DNA from: Euglena gracilis
Lineage: Eukaryota
Assembly (NCBI GenBank): GCA_039621445.1
Contig: CP154954.1
Location: 1,116,001 to 1,180,000 of the forward strand
DNA: 64,000 nt
Reading direction: 5' to 3'
Position numbers and translations under genes: made by a program. The notes beneath the pieces were generated by a model. It was given only the letters and a program-made list of their open reading frames with translations. It was not told where the DNA came from and made no database searches. This document shows, in pieces, positions 51,700 through 64,000 of the stretch; within the stretch, counting starts at the first letter, position 1, and every line of letters begins with the position of its first letter.

Positions 51700-52039
51700 T
51701 TTTTATATAGGGAGAAAAGTATGACAAAAAAAGAAGAAAAAAATTTAAATAATACAAAAATCAATTTAACAGTAAAAAAAATTTAAAAAAAATATTGTTC
51801 TTATAAAGCACAATATGATGAAAAAAACCTGGACCAAAAATTTAGTTGAAAGCTTTTTTTTTTTATCATTGAAAATGGGCATATTTTAAACGTAGTAGAA
51901 GTAGAATATTTTTCTTAAAGCGTGTCAAAAAAATCGATTAATTAAAATATAGTGTCATGGAAAATGTGATTATTCTATCACTTATTTAAATATGCTTTTT
52001 TATCAATGTCAATTTGTAGAATAATTGGCGTTTTTTTTG

Positions 52040-52944
52040 ATGGAGTATAGTGAGTTTGCCTACTTTTTACCTTATTAAATTAATAAATTTAAAATTGACT
52101 TATTAAAAACTTATAGGGAGTAAATATTAAGGAAGTACCTTATCAGGATTTTGATAAGTATTCTCACTATTGAGGTTAAATATGGATTAGTTGATTATGC
52201 GTTAGTACGAGAATTTCATAGAACAGGTGGACCCTCATGTGCATTCGTATTTTATTAAAGAAGTCGATACTAAATTGGCAAATTTTTTCGATATATCTAT
52301 TGATTCTAAAATTTATAGGCCAGAGTTAACAATGAGAAAGATTTGCTCGACTATTTAATAAAACAAATATTTAACTTTGTGGATGCTTCAGAAAATTTCA
52401 TGGCTTCGGAATCAATTCTTAAAAAATATGGTAAATATTTTCAATATCTTCCTTTGGAAGAAAGGATGATTGAATTAGTGAAAAAAGGGGACATAGAAAA
52501 TGCTATGTTACTGTTTGAAAAAGAAAAACCTTCAGAATTTGTATATAAGGGCGACGCTATTGAACGTCAATTAAGAAACATATATTTAAGTACGAGATTA
52601 GGTGTGAAATAAAAAATTAATTTTAATGAATACATAATACCCAAAGACTTAAGGTGGATGTTGGATATTTATGAATCCCATCTAAATATGGGTAAAAATA
52701 AGGTATTTTTAATTTTAGGCAGTGAACATAGATATTTAATCGATTTTTTCGAATCTTATTTGCAATTTAAAGGCTTTTATCCTTTAGTAGTTAAGAAATC
52801 CAAGGATTTACTGAAATTAAACAATACTTATCATTATGATGCGATAATTTTTGTCAACTCAAATATCCTTGAATATCAAAATGTAAATGAGATAAAAAAC
52901 ATGTTCAACTCTTTAGAAACGACGTTAACTGCTTATTATGGAAT
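52040..52944 (+). pseudogene. rep: degenerate CRESS-like Rep, third copy
   Basis: Same sequence and lesions as 25021-25925. Confidence 0.78.
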
Positions 52945-53169
52945 ATCTTTGATAAAGGTAGGGTCGTGGATTAAAGCCTTTCGTTCAACTTGCATGTGTT
53001 AAGCATAGCTAAATATTGCTTTTCGTTAAAATTGTAAGGCGTAGGTCTCCAAAACCTGATGTAGTAGGTTCGAATCCTACAAAGCGCGCTTTTAGTGTAC
53101 ACATTATAGTAAATGTGCCCCTTGCTTGGTCACCAAGAGGGTGAAAGGATTTGACCAACTTTGATGTTT

Positions 53170-53916
53170 TGGAAATGACGAGTTTGATCCTTGCTCAGGG
53201 TGAACGCTGGCGGTATGCTTAACACATGCAAGTTGAACGAAATTACTAGCAATAGTAATTTAGTGGCGGACGGGTGAGTAGTAATATGTAAGAATCTGCG
53301 CTTGGGTGAGGAATAACAGATGGAAACGTTTGCTAATGCCTCATAATTTACTAGATCTATGTGAGTAGCTAGTTAAAGAGAATTTCGCCTAGGCATGAGC
53401 TTGCATCTGATTAGCTTGTTGGTGAGGTAAAGGCTTACCAAGGCGACGATCAGTAGCTGATTTGAGAGGATGATCAGCCACACTGGGATTGAGAACGGAA
53501 CAGACTTTTACGGAAGGCAGCAGTGAGGAATTTTCCGCAATGGGCGCAAGCCTGACGGAGCAATACCGCGTGAAGGAAGAAGGCCTTTGGGTTGTAAACT
53601 TCTTTTCTCAAAGAAGAAGAAATGACGGTATTTGAGGAATAAGCATCGGCTAATTCCGTGCCAGCAGCCGCGGTAATACGGGAGATGCGAGCGTTATCCG
53701 GAATTATTGGGCGTAAAGAGTTTGTAGGCGGTCAAGTGTGTTTAATGTTAAAAGTCAAAGCTTAACTTTGGAAGGGCATTAAAAACTGCTAGACTTGAGT
53801 ATGGTAGGGGTGAAGGGAATTTCCAGTGTAGCGGTGAAATGCGTAGAGATTGGAAAGAACACCAATGGCGAAGGCACTTTTCTAGGCCAATACTGACGCT
53901 GAGAAACGAAAGCTGA

Positions 53917-53948
<32 letters not shown>

Positions 53949-54041
53949 TTGGCCGTAAACTATGGATACTAAGTGGTGCTGAAAGTGCACTGCTGTAGTT
54001 AACACGTTAAGTATCCCGCCTGGGGAGTACGCTTGCACAAG

Positions 54042-54122
<81 letters not shown>

Positions 54123-54190
54123 AGGATTTGACAGGATCTAGGAGGAAGTTTGAAAGAACGCAGTACCTTCGGGTATCTAGACACAGGTGG

Positions 54191-54242
<52 letters not shown>

Positions 54243-54502
54243 CCTTTTTTTTAATTAACGCTTGTCATTTAGAAATACTGCTGGTTATTACCAGAGGAAG
54301 GTGAGGACGACGTCAAGTCATCATGCCCCTTATATCCTGGGCTACACACGTGCTACAATGGTTAAGACAATAAGTTGCAATTTTGTGAAAATGAGCTAAT
54401 CTTAAAACTTAGCCTAAGTTCGGATTGTAGGCTGAAACTCGCCTACATGAAGCCGGAATCGCTAGTAATCGCCGGTCAGCTATACGGCGGTGAATACGTT
54501 CT

Positions 54503-54539
<37 letters not shown>

Positions 54540-54660
54540 TGGCTGTGCCCGAAGTTATTATCTTGCCTGAAAAGAGGGAAATACCTAAGGCCTGGCTGGT
54601 GACTGGGGTGAAGTCGTAACAAGGTAGCCGTACTGGAAGGTGTGGCTGGAACAACTCCCT
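53170..54660 (+). rRNA. rrs: 16S rRNA, variant haplotype with 9-nt deletion
   Basis: As 26151-27638. Confidence 0.96.
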
Positions 54661-54745
54661 TTAGTTTTTTAACTAAAAAAATGTATAGATTGAAAACAAT
54701 GAAAAATAAAAAAAATAAGTAGGGAAACCTCTTATTTTTCCAAGA

Positions 54746-54819
54746 GGGCTATTAGCTCAGTTGGTTAGAGCATACCCTTGATAAGGGTAAGGTCGCTAGT
54801 TCAAGTCTAGCATGGCCCT
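54746..54819 (+). tRNA. trnI: tRNA-Ile(GAU)
   Basis: Same sequence as other copies. Confidence 0.97.
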
Positions 54820-54828
54820 CTTGGTTTT

Positions 54829-54901
54829 GGGGGTATAGCTCAGTTGGTAGAGCGCTGCCTTTGCAAGGCAGATGTCAGCGGTTCGAGTCCGCTTATCTCC
54901 A
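54829..54901 (+). tRNA. trnA: tRNA-Ala(UGC)
   Basis: Same sequence as other copies. Confidence 0.97.
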
Positions 54902-54917
54902 AAAAGGTTTTGATGTA

Positions 54918-56839
54918 GGTTCAAATGAACAAGGGCTTATGCGGGATTGCTTGGCATTTAGAGTCGAAGAAGGGCGTAGAAATTAACGATATGCTTTAGG
55001 GAGCTAAAGACGAGCTTTAATCTAAAGATTCCCGAATGGGGCAACCTATTACTTTAACATTACAATGAAATGGTATACAAATAATGTAGAGAACTTGGTG
55101 AACTGAAACATCTTAGTAGCCGAAGGAAAAGAAAGCAAAAGCGATTTTCTTATTAGTGGCGAGCTAACGGAAATCAGCCTAAACCTTTATGGGTGTTGTG
55201 GGTATATTATAATTACTGAAAAAGATAGAGAATTTGTTGAAAACAAAATCAAAGAGGGTTTTAAATCCCGTATTTGTTTTTAAAAAGTAATTTTTGATTT
55301 TCCCGAGTAGCATAGAGCACGTGGAATTCTGTGTGAATCAGCGAGGACCATCTCGTAAGGCTAAATACTCCTAAATGACCGATAGTGTACGAGTACCGTG
55401 AGGGAAAGCTGAAATAGAACACTGAGAAGTGAGTGAAATAGAATATGAAAGCATAAGTTTACAAGCAGTAGGAGATCTATTTAAAGATTGACTGTGTGCC
55501 TGTTGAAGAATGAGCCGGCGACTTATAGGTGATGGCAAGGTTAAGGTTTTTCCGGAGCCATAGTGAAATCGAGCTTAAATAAAGCGAAAAACTTTCTTCT
55601 TGAAAGTTTATGTCATTGCTTATAGACCCGAACCCAGGTGATCTAATCATGGTCAGGTTGAAGTTTTTTTAAAACAGAATGGAGGACCGAACCCACCAAT
55701 GTTGAAAAATTGGGGGATGAACTGTGATTAGGGGAGAAATTCCAATCGAACTTGGAGCTAGCTGGATCTCTTCGAAATGCGTTGAGGCGCAGCGTTTAAT
55801 TATGGTAAACATTAGGGGTAAAGCACTGTTTCGATGCGGGCTATGAAAATGGTACCAAGTTGTGGCAAACTCTGAATACTAAGTTATATTTCAATTAATC
55901 AGTGAGACAGTGGGGGATAAGCTTCATTGTCAAGAGGGAAACAGCCCAGATCACTACTTAAGGCCCCTAAATAATTACTAAGTGGTAAAGGATGTACTAT
56001 TACATAGACAACCAGGAGGTTGGCTTAGAAGCAGCCATTCCTTTAAAAAGTGCGTAATAGCTTACTGGTCAAGTGATAGTGCGCCGAAAATGAACGGGAC
56101 TAAGTAATTTGCCGAAGGTGTGAGAGAAATCGGTAGAAGAGCGTTCTGTGTTGAAGAGAAGGAATAGTGAAAATAGTTCTGGATTAAACAGAAGTGAGAA
56201 TGTCGGCTTAAGTAACGAAAACATTGGTGAAAATCCTATGCTCCGAAAACCTAAGGTTTCCTTAGCCAGGTTCGTCCTCTAAGGGTTAGTCAGGTCCTAA
56301 AATAAGGTTTAACAACGTAAATTGATGGATGACAGGTTAATATTCCTGTACCGAATGCTCACTTGTAAGGAGTGACGAAAAAGGCTAGATCGGCCACGTG
56401 ATGGTTTGTGGTTTAAGGGTTCAAGAGGTATCAAATATTAAAAAAAATATTTTGTCTTAAGGCCTGAATAGTATAAATACTACGGTATTGAAAGTGATTG
56501 ATGTCATGTTTCCAAGAAAAACTTTTGTTTATGTATAGTGAGCTCGCCTGTACCGTAAACTGACACAGGTAGGTTAGTAGAATATACTAAGGAGCGCGAG
56601 ATAACTCTTTCTAAGGAACTCGGCAAAATGACTTCGTAACTTCGGAAGAAGAAGTACCTCTAATGAGGTGGCAGAAAAGAGGTCCAAGCGACTGCTTACC
56701 AAAAGCACAGGTCTCCGCGAAGTTGAAAAACCATGTATGGGGGCCGAGGCCTGCTCAGTGCAGGAAGGTTAAAGAAATTGGTTAGCGTAAGCAAAGCTAG
56801 TGACTGAAGCCCCTGTGAACAGCGGCAATAACTATAATT

Positions 56840-56892
<53 letters not shown>

Positions 56893-57379
56893 TTAACGAT
56901 TTGGACACTGTCTCAGAAAGAGACTCGGTGAAATAGAATTGACTGTGAAGATGCGGTCTACTTGCACTTGGACAGAAAGACCCTATGAAGCTTTACTGTA
57001 TCCTGAAATTGGTTTCGGGCTTTTTTGCGCAGAATAGGTGGGAGGCTATGATCTTGTCTTTTGGGATACGGGGAGCCGAAAAATGAGATACCACTCTGAG
57101 AAAGCTAGAAATCTAATCTTAATCTTATGTACAATCATGATAATTGACAGTTTCAGGCGGGCAGTTTTACTGGGGCGGTAGCCTCCTAAAAAGTAACGGA
57201 GGCGTACAAAGGTTTTCTCAGGCTAGACGGAAATTAGTTGTGGAGTGTAAAGGCATAAGAAAGCTTGACTGTGAGACTTATAAGTCAAACAGAGACTAAA
57301 GTCGGTCTTAGTGACCCGACGGTGCTGTATGGAAAGGCCGTCGTAAACAGATAAAAGTTACTCTAGGGATAACAGGCTG

Positions 57380-57439
<60 letters not shown>

Positions 57440-57456
57440 ACCTGGGGCGGTAGTAC

Positions 57457-57491
<35 letters not shown>

Positions 57492-57806
57492 TACGTGAGC
57501 TGGGTTCAGAACGTCGAGAGACAGTTCGGTCCATATCCGGTGTGAGCGTTAGAGTATTGAAAGGCGCTTTCCTTAGTACGAGAGGACCGGGAAGGACGCA
57601 CCACTGATGTACCAGTTTTTGTGCCAACAGAATACGCTGGGTAGTCAAGTGCGGAGTGGATAACTGCTGAAAGCATATAAGTAGGAAGCCCACCTTAAGA
57701 TAAGTACTCTTCATAGGTCACGGTAAGACGAACCGTTTGATAGGTATTAGGTGTACAATTGGTAACAATTTTAGCCGAGATATACTAACCGACCGAAAAT
57801 TTTTTC
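54918..57806 (+). rRNA. rrl: 23S rRNA
   Basis: Full-length LSU motifs. Confidence 0.97.
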
Positions 57807-57882
57807 CTATATGAAAACAAAACATTTATTTTTACTTGTCACTTTTTTAAGATTTAAAAGTTTCTTGAATGAACTTTTATTT

Positions 57883-57998
57883 TAGGGTGCTCTTGTCTTT
57901 ATGGATCCACTTAAAACATTTCGAACTTGCAAGTTAAACATAAAGGGTAAATAGATACTTGAAAGGTTACTTTCCGGGAAAAGATTTTAGTGCCCTTA
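57883..57998 (+). rRNA. rrf: 5S rRNA
   Basis: As 30862-30977. Confidence 0.88.
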
Positions 57999-58859
57999 TG
58001 GGAAGTTTAATTTATTTAATTGTCTCTTAGTGAGTTTATTTATTAATATTAACTCGATTTTCGAGTAATTTTTATGACTGCCGTTACGTTAGTGTTTTAT
58101 TGCATGGATAAATGTATTGTGGTATAATTAAACCAAGGAATTTGTCAAACCACGTTTCCTTTAAGTTTGAATTTTTTTTGGCCAAAACATGATGCTTCCG
58201 AAAAAATAAGACAATCTGTTTATAGAAATCAGTGAATTTCGTAATATTTTTCTTTTAAAATTTTAAACGATATGAATAATATCCTCGAGTGTTTGGAAAA
58301 TGACTATGTTTCTTCGCTAATATAAAAGATTAATCACAAAATTCAACAAGATAGGTTGAATCATAGTGAGAATATTAGGTAATCTTCTGATAAGAGTTTT
58401 ATTTTGTTGTACATTATAGTTATTGCTACTTTGTATTTGGTTCTTTGTGTTATGTGTGTGCTTTTTAGTTGTAAATTTTTTGCTAGTAAGAAGCGTGTCG
58501 TTCATTGTCGATTTGGACGAATATTTATAAAATGCTACAAGAGACCAAAATGTCTTTATACTTCTTATATTGCTGCTGAGTACCCTATATTTTGTGATAT
58601 TGAAAAATATTAAGGTAAGGTTCCTAGACTTTCATACGTAAATGCTCATGCGCACAGTTTAGGTGTTATGCTTTTATCCCTGATCTTGTGAATTCTTTTC
58701 ATTCACAAGAAATAACTTAGCTTAATTCCTAGTGTAAATTTTTCCGTACTTTAACGTGTGGCTGGGACAATTTTTTTATTTTTAATTAAAATACCGTATA
58801 AATTTTAAAAAATAAAAAAATCAAAAGGAAAATTTTTTATTTTTCAAAGATCACTATTA

Positions 58860-59002
58860 TCTTTTATTATTATAGAATACCTTTGATAAGGGTAGGGTCG
58901 TGGATTGAATCCTTGTATTAGCCAAATATTTCTTTTCTTTAAAATCCTAAGGCGTAGGTCTCCAAAACCTGATGTAGTAGGTTCGAATCCTACAAAGCGC
59001 GC
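58860..59002 (+). pseudogene. pseudo-trnI / pseudo-trnW leader pair
   Basis: ATACCTTTGATAAGGGTAGGGTCG... followed by GGTCTCCAAAACC...GGTTCGAATCCTACAAAGCGCG. Confidence 0.82.
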
Positions 59003-59082
59003 TTTTAGTGGGCACATTATAGTAAATGTGCCCCTTGCTTGGTCACCAAGAGGGTGAGAGGATTTGACCAACTTTGATGTTT

Positions 59083-59830
59083 TGGAAATGACGAGTTTGA
59101 TCCTTGCTCAGGGTGAACGCTGGCGGTATGCTTAACACATGCAAGTTGAACGAAATTACTAGCAATAGTAATTTAGTGGCGGACGGGTGAGTAATATGTA
59201 AGAATCTGCGCTTGGGTGAGGAATAACAGATGGAAACGTTTGCTAATGCCTCATAATTTACTAGATCTATGTGAGTAGCTAGTTAAAGAGAATTTCGCCT
59301 AGGCATGAGCTTGCATCTGATTAGCTTGTTGGTGAGGTAAAGGCTTACCAAGGCGACGATCAGTAGCTGATTTGAGAGGATGATCAGCCACACTGGGATT
59401 GAGAACGGAACAGACTTCTACGGAAGGCAGCAGTGAGGAATTTTCCGCAATGGGCGCAAGCCTGACGGAGCAATACCGCGTGAAGGAAGACGGCCTTTGG
59501 GTTGTAAACTTCTTTTCTCAAAGAAGAAGAAATGACGGTATTTGAGGAATAAGCATCGGCTAATTCCGTGCCAGCAGCCGCGGTAATACGGGAGATGCGA
59601 GCGTTATCCGGAATTATTGGGCGTCGTAAAGAGTTTGTAGGCGGTCAAGTGTGTTTAATGTTAAAAGTCAAAGCTTAACTTTGGAAGGGCATTAAAAACT
59701 GCTAGACTTGAGTATGGTAGGGGTGAAGGGAATTTCCAGTGTAGCGGTGAAATGCGTAGAGATTGGAAAGAACACCAATGGCGAAGGCACTTTTCTAGGC
59801 CAATACTGACGCTGAGAAAACGAAAGCTGA

Positions 59831-59862
<32 letters not shown>

Positions 59863-59955
59863 TTGGCCGTAAACTATGGATACTAAGTGGTGCTGAAAGT
59901 GCACTGCTGTAGTTAACACGTTAAGTATCCCGCCTGGGGAGTACGCTTGCACAAG

Positions 59956-60036
<81 letters not shown>

Positions 60037-60104
60037 AGGATTTGACAGGATCTAGGAGGAAGTTTGAAAGAACGCAGTACCTTCGGGTATCTAGACACAG
60101 GTGG

Positions 60105-60169
<65 letters not shown>

Positions 60170-60424
60170 TTTTTAATTAACGCTTGTCATTTAGAAATAC
60201 TGCTGGTTATTACCGGAGGAAGGTGAGGACGACGTCAAGTCATCATGCCCCTTATATCCTGGGCTACACACGTGCTACAATGGTTAAGACAATAAGTTGC
60301 AATTTTGTGAAAATGAGCTAATCTTAAAACTTAGCCTAAGTTCGGATTGTAGGCTGAAACTCGCCTACATGAAGCCGGAATCGCTAGTAATCGCCGGTCA
60401 GCTATACGGCGGTGAATACGTTCT

Positions 60425-60462
<38 letters not shown>

Positions 60463-60581
60463 GGCTGTGCCCGAAGTTATTATCTTGCCTGAAAAGAGGG
60501 AAATACCTAAGGCCTGGCTGGTGACTGGGGTGAAGTCGTAACAAGGTAGCCGTACTGGAAGGTGTGGTGGAACAACTCCCT
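59083..60581 (+). rRNA. rrs: 16S rRNA with intact GCAACGAGCGCAACCC
   Basis: Full-length SSU; conserved motif intact at 60152-60167. Confidence 0.97.
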
Positions 60582-60666
60582 TTAGTTTTTTAACTAAAAA
60601 AATGTATAGATTGGAAACAATGAAAAATAAAAAAAATAAGTAGGGAAACCTCTTATTTTTCCAAGA

Positions 60667-60740
60667 GGGCTATTAGCTCAGTTGGTTAGAGCATACCCTT
60701 GATAAGGGTAAGGTCGCTAGTTCAAGTCTAGCATGGCCCT
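60667..60740 (+). tRNA. trnI: tRNA-Ile(GAU)
   Basis: Same sequence as other copies. Confidence 0.97.
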
Positions 60741-60749
60741 CTTGGTTTT

Positions 60750-60822
60750 GGGGGTATAGCTCAGTTGGTAGAGCGCTGCCTTTGCAAGGCAGATGTCAGC
60801 GGTTCGAGTCCGCTTATCTCCA
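60750..60822 (+). tRNA. trnA: tRNA-Ala(UGC)
   Basis: Same sequence as other copies. Confidence 0.97.
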
Positions 60823-60838
60823 AAAAGGTTTTGATGTA

Positions 60839-62762
60839 GGTTCAAATGAACAAGGGCTTATGCGGGATTGCTTGGCATTTAGAGTCGAAGAAGGGCGTAG
60901 AAATTAACGATATGCTTTAGGGAGCTAAAGACGAGCTTTAATCTAAAGATTCCCGAATGGGGCAACCTATTACTTTAACATTACAATGAAATGGTATACA
61001 AATAATGTAGAGAACTTGGTGAACTGAAACATCTTAGTAGCCGAAGGAAAAGAAAGCAAAAGCGATTTTCTTATTAGTGGCGAGCTAACGGAAATCAGCC
61101 TAAACCTTTATGGGTGTTGTGGGTATATTATAATTACTGAAAAAGATAGAGAATTTGTTGAAAACAAAATCAAAGAGGGTTTTAAATCCCGTATTTGTTT
61201 TTAAAAAGTAATTTTTGATTTTCCCGAGTAGCATAGAGCACGTGGAATTCTGTGTGAATCAGCGAGGACCATCTCGTAAGGCTAAATACTCCTAAATGAC
61301 CGATAGTGTGTACGAGTACCGTGAGGGAAAGCTGAAATAGAACACTGAGAAGTGAGTGAAATAGAATATGAAAGCATAAGTTTACAAGCAGTAGGAGATC
61401 TATTTAAAGATTGACTGTGTGCCTGTTGAAGAATGAGCCGGCGACTTATAGGTGATGGCAAGGTTAAGGTTTTTCCGGAGCCATAGTGAAATCGAGCTTA
61501 AATAAAGCGAAAAACTTTCTTCTTGAAAGTTTATGTCATTGCTTATAGACCCGAACCCAGGTGATCTAATCATGGTCAGGTTGAAGTTTTGGTAAAACAG
61601 AATGGAGGACCGAACCCACCAATGTTGAAAAATTGGGGGATGAACTGTGATTAGGGGAGAAATTCCAATCGAACTTGGAGCTAGCTGGATCTCTTCGAAA
61701 TGCGTTGAGGCGCAGCGTTTAATTATGGTAAACATTAGGGGTAAAGCACTGTTTCGATGCGGGCTATGAAAATGGTACCAAGTTGTGGCAAACTCTGAAT
61801 ACTAAGTTATATTTCAATTAATCAGTGAGACAGTGGGGGATAAGCTTCATTGTCAAGAGGGAAGCAGCCCAGATCACTACTTAAGGCCCCTAAATAATTA
61901 CTAAGTGGTAAAGGATGTACTATTACATAGACAACCAGGAGGTTGGCTTAGAAGCAGCCATTCCTTTAAAAAGTGCGTAATAGCTTACTGGTCAAGTGAT
62001 AGTGCGCCGAAAATGAACGGGACTAAGTAATTTGCCGAAGGTGTGAGAGAAATCGGTAGAAGAGCGTTCTGTGTTGAAGAGAAGGAATAGTGAAAATAGT
62101 TCTGGATTAAACAGAAGTGAGAATGTCGGCTTAAGTAACGAAAACATTGGTGAAAATCCTATGCTCCGAAAACCTAAGGTTTCCTTAGCCAGGTTCGTCC
62201 TCTAAGGGTTAGTCAGGTCCTAAAATAAGGTTTAACAACGTAAATTGATGGATGACAGGTTAATATTCCTGTACCGAATGCTCACTTGTAAGGAGTGACG
62301 AAAAAGGCTAGATCGGCCACGTGATGGTTTGTGGTTTAAGGGTTCAAGAGGTATCAAATATTAAAAAAAATATTTTGTCTTAAGGCCTGAATAGTATAAA
62401 TACTACGGTATTGAAAGTGATTGATGTCATGTTTCCAAGAAAAACTTTTGTTTATGTATAGTGAGCTCGCCTGTACCGTAAACTGACACAGGTAGGTTAG
62501 TAGAATATACTAAGGAGCGCGAGATAACTCTTTCTAAGGAACTCGGCAAAATGACTTCGTAACTTCGGAAGAAGAAGTACCTCTAATGAGGTGGCAGAAA
62601 AGAGGTCCAAGCGACTGCTTACCAAAAGCACAGGTCTCCGCGAAGTTGAAAAACGATGTATGGGGGCCGAGGCCTGCTCAGTGCAGGAAGGTTAAAGAAA
62701 TTGGTTAGCGTAAGCAAAGCTAGTGACTGAAGCCCCTGTGAACAGCGGCAATAACTATAATT

Positions 62763-62815
<53 letters not shown>

Positions 62816-63303
62816 TTAACGATTTGGACACTGTCTCAGAAAGAGACTCGGTGAAATAGAATTGACTGTGAAGATGCGGTCTACTTGCACTTGGACAGAA
62901 AGACCCTATGAAGCTTTACTGTATCCTGAAATTGGTTTCGGGCTTTTTTTGCGCAGAATAGGTGGGAGGCTATGATCTTGTCTTTTGGGATACGGGGAGC
63001 CGAAAAATGAGATACCACTCTGAGAAAGCTAGAAATCTAATCTTAATCTTATGTACAATCATGATAATTGACAGTTTCAGGTGGGCAGTTTTACTGGGGC
63101 GGTAGCCTCCTAAAAAGTAACGGAGGCGTACAAAGGTTTTCTCAGGCTAGACGGAAATTAGTTGTGGAGTGTAAAGGCATAAGAAAGCTTGACTGTGAGA
63201 CTTATAAGTCAAACAGAGACTAAAGTCGGTCTTAGTGACCCGACGGTGCTGTATGGAAAGGCCGTCGTAAACAGATAAAAGTTACTCTAGGGATAACAGG
63301 CTG

Positions 63304-63363
<60 letters not shown>

Positions 63364-63380
63364 ACCTGGGGCGGTAGTAC

Positions 63381-63415
<35 letters not shown>

Positions 63416-63730
63416 TACGTGAGCTGGGTTCAGAACGTCGAGAGACAGTTCGGTCCATATCCGGTGTGAGCGTTAGAGTATTGAAAGGCGCTTTCCTTAG
63501 TACGAGAGGACCGGGAAGGACGCACCACTGATGTACCAGTTTTTGTGCCAACAGAATACGCTGGGTAGTCAAGTGCGGAGTGGATAACTGCTGAAAGCAT
63601 ATAAGTAGGAAGCCCACCTTAAGATAAGTACTCTTCATAGGTCACGGTAAGACGAACCGTTTGATAGGTATTAGGTGTACAATTGGTAACAATTTTAGCC
63701 GAGATATACTAACCGACCGAAAATTTTTTC
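60839..63730 (+). rRNA. rrl: 23S rRNA
   Basis: Full-length LSU motifs. Confidence 0.97.
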
Positions 63731-63806
63731 CTATATGAAAACAAAACATTTATTTTTACTTGTCACTTTTTTAAGATTTAAAAGTTTCTTGAATGAACTT
63801 TTATTT

Positions 63807-63922
63807 TAGGGTGCTCTTGTCTTTATGGATCCACTTAAAACATTTCGAACTTGCAAGTTAAACATAAAGGGTAAATAGATACTTGAAAGGTTACTTTCCG
63901 GGAAAAGATTTTAGTGCCCTTA
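63807..63922 (+). rRNA. rrf: 5S rRNA
   Basis: As 30862-30977. Confidence 0.88.
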
Positions 63923-64000
63923 TGGGAAGTTTAATTTATTTAATTGTCTCTTAGTGAGTTTATTTATTAATATTAACTCGATTTTCGAGTAATTTTTATG

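Larger units (their letters stand above)
44160..58081 (+). repeat. third copy (direct) of ~17590-31061, continuing into the next rRNA operon
   Basis: Same feature order at an offset of ~26.6-27.0 kb. Confidence 0.95.

Overview
This window is euglenid chloroplast DNA, very like Euglena gracilis. The evidence is tandem ~5.9 kb 16S-trnI-trnA-23S-5S operons with pseudo-trnI/pseudo-trnW leaders, a 16S 3' end reading AACAACUCCC, intron-split psbD and chlI with GTGTG 5' splice sites, trnL(CAA) and a 54-nt VNTR. The contig looks like a chimeric or fold-back assembly. A ~13.4 kb block (about 17.6-31.06 kb) occurs three times (+, -, +), and 9.3-14.3 kb is corrupted poly-A sequence that still contains psbD remnants. 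The most interesting biology is a ~6.8 kb island between the VNTR and the first rRNA operon, bracketed by a perfect 103-bp direct repeat (pseudo-trnW 3' half plus rRNA leader). It holds a decayed geminivirus/CRESS-type rolling-circle Rep gene (HUH motifs I-III, GRS, oligomerisation domain, eroded SF3 helicase; about 25021-25925). It also holds ORF351, whose N-terminus resembles a catalytically dead circovirus-type Rep endonuclease domain, plus orphan ORFs with partial paralogs. My inference is a fossil integrated plasmid or ssDNA-virus-like element next to the plastid VNTR/origin region. All homologies were judged by eye from remembered consensus motifs and need HMM confirmation. rRNA ends are approximate.
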